The notes under the pieces are model-generated. The model was not told the origin of the DNA, made no database searches, and saw only the letters and a program-made list of their open reading frames with translations. Below, piece after piece: positions 1-9,617 of a stretch of 64,000 nt of DNA. How positions within the stretch are numbered: the first letter of the stretch is position 1; every line of letters starts with the position of its first letter. Position numbers and translations under genes: made by a program. This DNA comes from Novakomyces olei (taxonomy: Eukaryota). The stretch spans positions 682,001 through 746,000 of the forward strand of contig JADEYG010000002.1 in assembly GCA_016906335.1 (NCBI GenBank), given 5' to 3'.

Positions 1-155
1 TAAAGACATTGATTTGTATTCCGGCAGGCTGGACGAGGCAGACGCGTATATTAAGCGGGGAAAGATGGGGTTGCGTGGGCTGGCGGATTTATTTTAATGA
101 AAAATAGAAGTTAATGTATGTATACGTGTTAGAATAATAAAGATCCATTGTCTAT

Positions 156-289
156 TATAAGGTCTATCTTTATAAGGGCTATCTTTATAAGGGCTATCTT
201 TATAAGGGCTATCTTTATAAGGGCTATCTTTATAAGGGCTATCTTTATAAGGGCTATTATTTATATAGGGATATTTATAAAGGGCTATT
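156..289. repeat. 15-bp tandem repeat (TATAAGGGCTATCTT)n
   Basis: Five perfect copies at 171-245 with degenerate copies on both sides. Confidence 0.95.
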
Positions 290-472
290 ATTGATCAAAA
301 AATGTTACTGGAGACTAATTCGAGATCCTGTTAAATATGATTTGGCAGCCAATGGCGATAATAGTCTTGCAAAACCTAGTACGACCAGGCTTGCACACGG
401 CAGACATCAAGTTTAACCCCCTTCTAATTCTATTATTACAAATAGTATACAACTATACGAAATATTTGTGCA

Positions 473-1501
473 TTATGCGTTCAGCTCAGCAAACTGCCCA
501 CGCAACAGCTTAATATCCTTATCCGTAGCTTTACAGCATCCACCAACCAGAAAATCTTTCCAAAAATTGCGGTTTTGCGCTTGTCTAACAACGGTGGCCA
601 GCTGCACTTCCCATGGTCTCGGATCACCCGGCGTTGCTTGTTCCCCCATTACTGCTGGCGCGTCCCAAGTTTTTGTAACTGGATTATACACCTGTCCGTT
701 TGTGCCGTCAGGGTAGAGGACAAGGCACGGTGGGACAGAGCCGGTTACAGAGACGGCGGCTCTTGCTGCTTCCTCGTACTCTGCAACAAGCCGCGCCAGT
801 TTGTGCACGGGCGCGCAATTAATGCCGATCCCCCACAACTCGGCCAATCCTTGGCCGGGGCATAATGCTGCTTCCACAGCCCGCGCAGCAATATTGCCGT
901 CCGGCAGCGAGCAGCCGCTGCCCGGGTACACGCAGGAAACCCACGCTCGGCAATTAAAGTGCCACAATGCCCGTCTTATCGCTCTCACTTCATCCAATCG
1001 CGGGACCGTCTCAAACGCCACGTATTTGATATGCCGCTGCACACTGGGCAGCTGGAAAAACAGCTTCAGGCGGCACAAGTGCCAATGGTAGAGCTGCTCT
1101 TCGTCGCTGTGGTCTGCGTCATAGGCGCCCGTGTACTCCTGTCCCGGAGACATGGCAGCGCCGTATGGGCCGAGGCTTAAGGCAACGCTGCTCCGGCCTG
1201 CCGCAGCGGCAACTGCCGTGTCAATTGCCGACTCCAGCAGAGGGATGACATCATCACCTCGTATACCGTGGGGGAACGCTGCCGTCCGTGTGCGGGCAAA
1301 CGTATCTGCCGAAGCCTGGTACGTCGCTGTCAGTACTATATCGGCCCCAGCCAGTACAAAATCGCGCTGGCAGTTTAGCAGCGCTGATGGCTTGTTCAGC
1401 AGTGTGCCTGTAGACCATAAGGCGCCCTGTGCGTCCCTGTAATCGACTCCATACTTGTCCTCAAGACTCGTACCCAGACCGCCGTCGAGTATTTGTATCA
1501 T
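473..1501 (-). CDS. Homocysteine S-methyltransferase (Mht1/Sam4/MmuM family), intronless
   Basis: N-terminal ILDGGLGTSLE, TATYQ, SLGPYGA, FET.P, GINC, YPDG and C-terminal GGCC zinc-ligand motifs. Confidence 0.93.
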   Translation of the reverse strand: MIQILDGGLGTSLEDKYGVDYRDAQGALWSTGTLLNKPSALLNCQRDFVLAGADIVLTATYQASADTFARTRTAAFPHGIRGDDVIPLLESAIDTAVAAAAGRSSVALSLGPYGAAMSPGQEYTGAYDADHSDEEQLYHWHLCRLKLFFQLPSVQRHIKYVAFETVPRLDEVRAIRRALWHFNCRAWVSCVYPGSGCSLPDGNIAARAVEAALCPGQGLAELWGIGINCAPVHKLARLVAEYEEAARAAVSVTGSVPPCLVLYPDGTNGQVYNPVTKTWDAPAVMGEQATPGDPRPWEVQLATVVRQAQNRNFWKDFLVGGCCKATDKDIKLLRGQFAELNA

Positions 1502-1561
1502 GACTAGAAATAATTCGGCGTCATTTGTGCGCTGTATATTACAAAAAATATAAACTCAATA

Positions 1562-1836
1562 TATAAAATTATAAAATTATAAAATTATAAAATTATAAAA
1601 TTATAAAATTATAAAATTATAAAACTATAAAATTATAAAATTATAAAATTATAAAATTATAAAATTATAAAATTATAAAATTATAAAATTATAAAATTAT
1701 AAAATTATAAAATTATAAAATTATAAAATTATAAAATTATAAAATTATAAAATTATAAAATTATAAAATTATAAAATTATAAAATTATAAAATTATAAAA
1801 TTATAAAATTATAAAATTATAAAATTATAAAATTAT
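1562..1836. repeat. 8-bp tandem repeat (TATAAAAT)n, about 34 copies
   Basis: Near-perfect array starting ~60 bp upstream of the HMT start codon; one variant unit. Confidence 0.97.
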
Positions 1837-2848
1837 CAATATCTATGAATGAGTGTTTGTTATCGGCCGTGTAGTAAAAAAAGGCTAGAATGTGTTGGGG
1901 TTAGTATTAGCCAAATCTTTGACAAAATCAATAAACAATATCGAGCACTGTTTTAATAATATAACTATTTTGTTGGTCAGACGCTGGACGCCGGCCGCGT
2001 GAATTCCAAACTGCGCCGACCGAAATCGGCCGCATTCCCGCACAAACCGAACATGTTTGAACTCGTTTCGAGCGCCTTTTCCCTAATTATTGTATTATTC
2101 TGTTGAGAGTGCGAGTTTGCGTCTGGACGCAGGTGCAAGAACTATTAGTGTGTGGCCGCGATGCAAACAATCTCACCGGCCAAACACCGCGTTAACGCAG
2201 GCAATTCGCATATACTTTATGGACAAGATACTGGAGAGATTGGTGGCGTGAGCCCAGCAATGAGGCTGCTACGCTGTATATATTTCGCAAGCGACTCAGC
2301 GTACGATACCCACGTTGTTGGGTCAGTGTTGCCAGAAAGCAGTCAATTAATGGAAGAGAACGAGTCTATGTTTGAGCAAAACGCCATCTCGAGGTGAGCA
2401 AAAGCGAAGCCTGTCAGTAATTGCTCAGCTCAGCGGGATTCCAAACCTGTTGGTCAAACTGGCTAGTGGAAAGTTGTAAAGTATGATGTCATTGGTCCAC
2501 TCAAGGCGTTGCAGATGCTACAAGAATTGTGTCTAGAAAACAACGGTGCTATATTTAAACGCGGTATGACGCTAATTGTAATTCTGGTTACCAAATTGCC
2601 TTGGGTTGCAAGGAAAATTGTACTAATACATCGGTGCTAGTTGCGACAGTGTGCTTGCTTTTGTGAATGTGCAACAAGGTTTTTGCAAGGTTCTTGGGTG
2701 AATTTTTGTTATCAATGGTCTGATAGCGTCTAATCCTGTGGCGATTCGCCAGATAGGCCATAAACTCATATACCGAGAAGTGGGACGATGCACAGGGCCG
2801 CAATATAATGTCAGTACGCACTAAGAATGCGGGCGTTAATGGACAAAC

Positions 2849-4040
2849 GCGTAACTTCCAACAGTAGCTCGTGCTTAATCAGCTGTCTGAATCTTCATCT
2901 CGGCGGTAATCCGGATTAAGATTGCTGGAAGGGCGCGGTTTTTGGCAAATCATTTTTCAGTATAGCCCGCCTGTCCTTTGGCGGATTATAGTGTCAAGTC
3001 TGCTAAGTCAAGCTCACGCTTTGAAGCGTTAGCTGTACATCCACTAGCCGAAATAATTCAGGATTAGGTAATTCACTTTAAATTGAGTTTTGATTATTTT
3101 CATCTCGGACTCTTTTAACAAAGTGCTCAATCCTGAGACTCATGGCTCTGGTAAGACTTTGTGCAGTAGCAAAATTATGATGCTATTTGCACCTGGCTGA
3201 TGGTTTTGAATGTTCAAAGCAGTTTATTATTGCGCTACAAAACTATGGAAATCTACATAAAAAAGACCTCAATACTCACCGGCACATCTCATGTGACACT
3301 GATGAATTAGATTCACCGCGTGTCAGTATAAGAGGTGTCGGTCAGAGGGATCTCTAAGGCACTGACGTATCATATGCGCCGGTGGACGTTGTGACTCTGT
3401 TATTGAACGAATACACACAACGGTGCAAATAGCAATCAGAACAATAAGAGTGGGTCACCAGCGGTAAGGTCCTGCTGTGAGCACTAGGCCAGCGGTGTCC
3501 CTCCAAGATCAACTTTCAAATCCATAGTGCTCCAACTTAATACAAACAAGATCAATGCTTGAGAGCACCCCCCAGCTGGCTATACAGCACAGAAGCTGAT
3601 GAAGCCCGATCTTGCCGTACAAGCGGAATGGAAATTAGGCCAATGCATGGAAAACCGTGTTCCAACGCAATACAACTGCCAAATGCCAAATCAACTAGCC
3701 CAAAGCCACCCCTCTATGCCTAGCGGAAATCTGCCCAGTCCTAAAGCCACAGTCGGCGATAGCGGTAGTCCTTGTCCGGACCTGAGACATAGAGGGGCCC
3801 CGAACGTGCCGTCTCCAAAGTCAATGCAGGGCCAAAAAATCACCGAAAAACCTGGAAAGACTCCAAAAAAAGGGAGGAAAGGCCACGCCGGTATCAAACA
3901 CCCATTACCGAGCGGAAAACAAGCCCTGAAACCACAAGTTTGAGCGGACAGAGTCCGTACCCCGGCTAAAAGGTGATTTACCAGGTAACAAACAAGTGCG
4001 GGAAATAGCGTCCGGACCTCGGGATCCCGAAGGATGGGGA
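2849..4040 (-). ncRNA. Candidate long structured non-coding RNA, identity unknown (telomerase-RNA-like architecture)
   Basis: No credible ORF. Upstream TATAAA and CCAAT on the minus strand. Many nested complementary segments in register, with G-U wobbles favouring the minus strand. Donor and branch point with no nearby acceptor at the 3' end. Ends are inferred. Confidence 0.5.
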
Positions 4041-4064
4041 ACTAGGGGAGCGAAACCACCTGGC

Positions 4065-4091
4065 TTTATACCCTGGACATGAGGCCATTGG
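4065..4091 (-). promoter_or_regulatory. TATA box and CCAAT box, minus strand
   Basis: TATAAA at 4070-4065 and CCAAT at 4091-4087, directly downstream (minus sense) of the 72-bp repeat array. Confidence 0.45.
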
Positions 4092-4101
4092 CAAATTAGC
4101 A

Positions 4102-4292
4102 ATCACAGAAACGTTCTAATGTCCTCAGTTGTGGGTACGAAAACGTGAAAAGGGCTCAAAAAAATGGGACTATGATCACAGAAACGTTCCAATTCCCTCA
4201 ACCTTGATAACGAAAACGGGTAAATTGCTCCGAAAACGGGACTATTATCACAGAAACGTTCTAATTCCCTCAATATTTATTCCGAAAACGTG
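4102..4292. repeat. Three diverged 72-73 bp direct repeats
   Basis: ATCACAGAAACGTTCYAAT..CCTCA starts at 4102, 4175 and 4247; each unit also carries CGAAAACG, and the first two carry GGGACTAT. Confidence 0.9.
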
Positions 4293-4889
4293 TAAAGCTG
4301 CATAAAAGAGTCGCGCAGATCCTGTTTTCGTGTTCATATTCATCTGTGCCGACGCGCGAAATTGAGGCAGATTCTGTTTTCATGACGATTAGCCTGTTTT
4401 GGGTTATATATCAATTTTGGGGCCGCATATGATTGGCCAGTCTAATGTATTAGGCACGTTTTCGTTCTCTGTGTTCCAAATAAGTAATAGCCCTAATCGC
4501 GTTTCCGTGATTTTAATTTCTGCTCGCTTTAATTCATATTAACAAGTAATACGCTCTAATAAAAATGTTGGTGATAGCTCAAATTTGATTTATTATTGGC
4601 ATCGAGACATATAAGTAATCCAAAAACATACGCAATATTTATGTAATTAAAAAGTTAAGGTACGGAGCCTGATGCATAAAGATACTTGAAATTAATAGAC
4701 ATGCTCGATAACGTTTGATAATTTACGAATCTCCACTGTTGCAAATTCGAGCACGCGCAAGCACGCGATTGCAGATTGCATGCGAACTAGAAAAGCTTTA
4801 GACTGAATTGATTGATTGATTGACTAATTGACTGACTGCTTTTTTCCTTTGGCCAAATAGCAACTGGTGAAGGTAAAATCTGCCATAGA

Positions 4890-6455
4890 ATGACAAAGGG
4901 TAGCACAGACTCCCGTGAGGGAAAACGCATTAAAATTGATAATGCAGTATTTGACGGGGATAAAGGTACCAAACCGGCCGATGGCAATCAACCAAAAAGA
5001 GCCAATGCCGGAATTAATCTCATTGAAGAGCAAGCAAGCGAGACCGGCAAGAGAGAAGGAAAGAATGAAGAAAGGCGCAGAAAAAAACTTATATTTAATG
5101 CATTTGCAATGACGACACCGAACCATTTATCGCCCGGATTGTGGAGGCATCGACGCAGTGATACGGGCAATTACAATACAATTGCGTATTGGACGCGTTT
5201 AGCAAAATTACTGGAACGCGGAAAATTCCACGCTCTTTTTCTAGCGGATACTTTAGGCCCTTATGACGTTTATCGCGGCCCACGTAACGTTAGACCCGCC
5301 GTGGAAGGCGGGACGCAGTTTCCCGTCAACGATCCTTCTCTCTCTATTTCTGCAATGGCGGCAGTGACGCAAAACTTGGGCTTTGGCGTGACTACTAGTA
5401 CAACGTACGAGCACCCTTACACTGTAGCACGTCGCTTTTCCACGCTCGATCATTTAACCAATGGCCGCATAATCATGAACATTGTGACCTCATACTTGGA
5501 AAGTGCAGCAAGGCTATACGGGTTGCCCGGGCAACTGGAGCATGACGCGCGTTACGCAAGAGCCGAAGAATTCATGCAGGTTTGCTATAAACTGTGGGAA
5601 TCTTCCTGGCGTGATGGTGCGGCCGTGCGAAATAGCGATAACGGCGTGTTTGCTGACGCGTCAAGTGTACGTGAAATTCACCACAAGGGAGAAAACTTTT
5701 GCGTCGATGGTGTCCATATTTGCGAGCCCTCGCCACAACGAACACCTCTTCTCTTCCAAGCGGGTACGAGTAGTGCTGGAAGTGCCTTTGGTGCAAGACA
5801 TAGCGAAATGATTTTCGTCGGTGGCCTTTCACCGGAAGCAATACGGAAATCTGTGGACGGCTTGCGGTCAAAAGTTGCCGCAGCCGGTCGAGATCCACGG
5901 CAATTGAAAATTGTAGCAAGTATAACGGTAGTTGTGGCGCCCATGGACGAGGAAGCCCACGCAGAATATAACGAACTGGCTTCGTATGCGAGTACCGAAG
6001 GTGCGTTGACTCTTTGCGGTGGCTGGACGGGGTACGATTTATCTCACTACAGCGACCACGAAGACTTTAGGTTTGTGGACTTACCGGCCATCCAGTCTAC
6101 CGTCCTCTATCTCGAGTCCAATGACCCCGGGAAAGAATGGAACAAGGAGCGAATTGCCAAGCATCTAATCTTGGGCGGCTTTAGCGGCAAGATCGTAGGC
6201 AGTCCGACCACAGTGGCGGACGAGCTGGAACGTTGGGCTGAAGTGGGTGATTTGGACGGGTTCAATTTTGCACATATTACGAGCCCAGGGAGTTTTGAAG
6301 ATCTCGTGGAGCTTGTGATTCCAGAAATGCAGAGACGAGGATCTTTCCACAAGGACTATGAGGCAAATGCTCATACCGCTAGAGGACTAGTATACGGCCA
6401 CGATCATTTAGCCACTGATCACCCTGGGTACCAGTACAAGTGGATGGACCATTAG
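4890..6455 (+). CDS. Luciferase-like FMN-dependent monooxygenase, NtaA/SnaA/DszA family, intronless
   Basis: LSPGLWRH, ERGKFHALFLAD, RRFSTLDHLTNGR..NIVTS, PSPQRTPLLFQAGTS, VGSPTTVADEL, DGFN motifs. Charged N-terminal extension; start codon uncertain. Confidence 0.93.
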   Translation: MTKGSTDSREGKRIKIDNAVFDGDKGTKPADGNQPKRANAGINLIEEQASETGKREGKNEERRRKKLIFNAFAMTTPNHLSPGLWRHRRSDTGNYNTIAYWTRLAKLLERGKFHALFLADTLGPYDVYRGPRNVRPAVEGGTQFPVNDPSLSISAMAAVTQNLGFGVTTSTTYEHPYTVARRFSTLDHLTNGRIIMNIVTSYLESAARLYGLPGQLEHDARYARAEEFMQVCYKLWESSWRDGAAVRNSDNGVFADASSVREIHHKGENFCVDGVHICEPSPQRTPLLFQAGTSSAGSAFGARHSEMIFVGGLSPEAIRKSVDGLRSKVAAAGRDPRQLKIVASITVVVAPMDEEAHAEYNELASYASTEGALTLCGGWTGYDLSHYSDHEDFRFVDLPAIQSTVLYLESNDPGKEWNKERIAKHLILGGFSGKIVGSPTTVADELERWAEVGDLDGFNFAHITSPGSFEDLVELVIPEMQRRGSFHKDYEANAHTARGLVYGHDHLATDHPGYQYKWMDH

Positions 6456-7273
6456 AGATAGATACGTCTATCGGAAAAACATAGACTTAACCCTCGACAA
6501 GAATCCCAATCGAGAAATCTATCTTTACTTAGCATCCCACTCAATAATTTTATTTTGACATTTCCTTGACCAAAACACATTAGTCTCCCACGCAACAATA
6601 TCGGGATATTTCTATCTCATTTTTCTCTTTATTAAAATTAAGGTAAAACCCTCCGATTTCTGTTGAATAGTTTGGCTATCGCTTGAGAAGGAGGAGCTAT
6701 TTCATGTAAACTTTTGGAATTCTGCTCACAAGCGAACAAAGCAAGCTTCAATTCCAGACAGCCCGCTGTCGCTTCGACTATAGTTTTTGCGGCATCATAA
6801 CAACCCTTAATCGCAGCAACTTTGGTCAAAAAACCTCGATGAAGAAGGAAATGCGGCAGATACAGCGATTGGCCCTAATTTTTCCTGGCCTCAGAGGCAG
6901 CCTAATTCCTGTTTGTCATACGTAAATATCGAACAATGCGTGGGCCAAGAACAGCTACAAATAAGGCCAATCCCACGAAATCATTGAATACGAGCAGCAA
7001 TGCTTTAGATCTGGCATAAGAGTAAGAGGGAGCTATAGCAATGTGTATTTAAAATTAAAATCACACCATGATCCACGTTTTGTAGGTTGGCTGTTCCATG
7101 CCTTGAGGAAATGAGCGTAGTCCGATCTATTGGAGAATTACACTAGAAATGAAAGACAAATTATAATCAATAGTGTAGGGTTAGGGTTTATATTATTATT
7201 GGTGTGGTATACTGAAGCAAAGGTTCGCAGACTGCCAGATCATTGGTGACCAACTTTGTGGTTGCCTTTGACC

Positions 7274-7949
7274 ATGATGAACCCAAACGAGGATACGGAA
7301 TGGTAAGCGACAGCAAATCAAGAACACTTTTAATTGAAGGAATGATGCGTTACGTGCTCAAGGCATACTGCCTCCAAAAGAAAATAAGGCTGAAGAAGCA
7401 GTGGACGAGGCTATTGAAGAAGCACGTGCACGAGCAGAAGCCACTCGCCACGAGCGTATGACAGTCGATGAGCTAGATGAATTGTTAGAAGGTGACGGTG
7501 AAGGCGACGAGGAGGAGTCTCGTGCTTTAGAGGCATATAGGCGTAAGCGCATAGCGGAAATGAGAGCGTCAGCTGCCGGTGAGCGATATGGGAGTGTTGA
7601 GCCCCTATCGCGTAACGATTGGCGCACACAAGTAACAGAGGCGCCTAGTGGGACAAGCGTCGTTGTAATATTGTACAGAGATCCAGTACCAGCGAGTAAA
7701 AGGCTCATGGCTTTAATGCGCGAATTTGCACATGCACATCCTGCGGTAAAAGTGCTGGCTATTACGGCACCTCAAGCGATCGAAAACTACCCGGATCGAA
7801 ACGTCCCTACATTACTAATATACCGTGACGGAGACTTGGTAGAGCAGATTGTAACATTGGCCACACTGGGCGGTATGGATACGCGGCTGGGAGATATTGA
7901 ACGAAGAATGGCAGCGAACGGGACTATTCCACAAAAGGAAGACGAGTAG
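7274..7949 (+). CDS. PLP2: Phosducin-like protein 2/3 (Plp2/VIAF), 2 exons
   Basis: MMNPNEDTEW|NDALRAQGILPPK after removing a 37-nt intron (7303-7339, GTAAGC..AAG); ENYPDRNVPTLLIY thioredoxin-like domain. Confidence 0.9.
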
Positions 7950-9023
7950 CGCACAATAACTGCAAATAGCAATTAGCATATCCATAGCACCTTATTTGAT
8001 TTAGTCAGGTGCAGTCAGTGGAATAAAAAGTTTGATTTGGAAGAGGCTATCACGCGCGCTTTACATATGGCCGCATAGAGTTTGTATTGATTATTGAGCT
8101 ATTAGTCTGCAAAATACAAGCCTGGCCTTGCATTATTCATACAAGCCCGTGAAGAATTAGAGTAGAGTCGTATCAGGATTAATTGCTGCTTGGCTTTTAG
8201 TTTTATTCTGGCTATTCCTCTACAGAATACACATGTAAGCATTGCAAACGGCGTTCGTGGCTTTTACCAAGAGGGCTAACTGTATAACTTTTATTTCCAA
8301 CGTAGACTAACTCATATGACCGCATTACACTCTAACTCTTTCTCTGGGCCAAACGACAAACAGAGCATAGAGCGCTTAAATACTAATTATATTCACGGGT
8401 GCCCGTGAATATATTGGCGGCTGCCTAAATCCGCTCATTCATCTCTTCCTCGTTCGACGTACAAGCAAGCTTATGACCATCGCGATATGCGCAGGATGCT
8501 GCACATAATATTACAGCTATATAAACTTTTTGACACGTGCCAATAGGCTCTTGTTGGTTCGTAGATTTATCAGTAAAATAGCGGTAAGGTATACGTTTTA
8601 CCGGAAAAAGACCGACTAGATTTTGACGCTCTATACCGTCTATAGTATATTGAAAGCAAGATTGAAGCACATTTTAGGGGGGGGGCTGATCTAATCGCTC
8701 AGCGGTAAACTTTAAATCGTTATAGCTGTTGTAGGTGCGTAGCGAACGAATTTAAAGCGTGTATTTGCAACCTCTTATTAGCTAATAAGATAGTGGAGTA
8801 AGCAATAGTATCATCGCTAGTCTAGAAAGGCTCATATTATAAATTCAACGATACCTTCCCATACTTTATATAGGGTTTTCCATATCAATTTGTAAGAGGC
8901 GAGCGTCTCGAATTCTCCCGCGTTCCGTGTGGGAGCCAATATAAAAGCGGAACCTCCCGGGCCATTCAGAACATCCAACTCGCAAAAAGCCAAGCACACT
9001 CATCAATCAAACTCAGACGCAAA

Positions 9024-9617
9024 ATGACTGTCACCCTCCCTCAGATCGGCCAGCCTGCGCCTGACTTCAAGGGCACTGCCGTCGTCAATGGCACTTTTGA
9101 GGAAATCTCGCTCGAATCCTTCAAGGGCAAGTACCTCATCTTGGCTGCTTATCCGATGGATTTCACCTTTGTGTGCCCGACTGAGATCATTGCGTTCTCT
9201 GATGCCATTAAGCAATTCCAGCAGCGCAATGCCGAGGTAGTGCTCTTCTCTACCGACTCTGAGTACTCCCATCTGGCTTTCATCAACACTCCTCGCAAGA
9301 ACGGCGGTCTCGGCGACTTGCACGTGCCATTGCTCGCTGACCCGAGCCACAAGATTGCCCGTGATTACGGTGTTTTGATCGAGGATGCCGGTGTCGCTCT
9401 GCGCGGCTCTTTCCTCATTGACCCGAAGGGTGTGTTGCGCCAGATCACTGTTAACGATCTGCCCGTCGGCCGTTCCGTCGAGGAGGCTCTCCGTCTCATC
9501 GACGCCTTTGAGTTTACTGATAAGTATGGCGAGGTCTGCCCTGCCAACTGGAACAAGGAGACCAACAACTCCACTATCGACACCAATAACCCGTCCAAAT
9601 ACTTTTCCCAGCATTAG
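9024..9617 (+). CDS. TSA1: Typical 2-Cys peroxiredoxin (Tsa1/Tpx1)
   Basis: [21 protein letters not shown] and C-terminal YF motif; strong codon bias; TATAAAA at ~8940. Confidence 0.98.
   Translation: MTVTLPQIGQPAPDFKGTAVVNGTFEEISLESFKGKYLILAAYPMDFTFVCPTEIIAFSDAIKQFQQRNAEVVLFSTDSEYSHLAFINTPRKNGGLGDLHVPLLADPSHKIARDYGVLIEDAGVALRGSFLIDPKGVLRQITVNDLPVGRSVEEALRLIDAFEFTDKYGEVCPANWNKETNNSTIDTNNPSKYFSQH

Noticed and set aside
2152-2640. Possible pseudogene fragments on the plus strand
   Set aside because: Short open stretches with no family motif that I can recognise; cannot be supported without a search.
3272-3284. U1 snRNA 5' end (ATACTCACCGGCA)
   Set aside because: Differs from ATACTTACCTG and lacks U1 loop motifs and a downstream Sm site; better read as the complement of a minus-strand donor.
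3328-3432. SAM-I riboswitch resemblance on the plus strand (AAGAG, GAGGGA, GGTGCAAAT)
   Set aside because: Lacks the P1 AUC/GAU pairing and the GCAAC element, spacing is wrong, and most wobble evidence favours the opposite strand.
3299-3640. Hammerhead ribozyme cores (CTGATGA at 3299 and ~3596)
   Set aside because: No correctly placed stem II followed by GAAA and stem III.
3599-3943. 114-aa plus-strand ORF and overlapping short ORFs
   Set aside because: No recognisable domain; composition reflects the GU-rich opposite strand.
4102-4292. CRISPR-like array (conserved ~26-nt block with variable spacers)
   Set aside because: Eukaryotic context, no cas genes, only three units, and the spacers share motifs with each other, so it is a diverged tandem repeat.
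9003-9614. 203-aa ORF antisense to the peroxiredoxin
   Set aside because: In-register shadow ORF expected from strong codon bias in a highly expressed gene.
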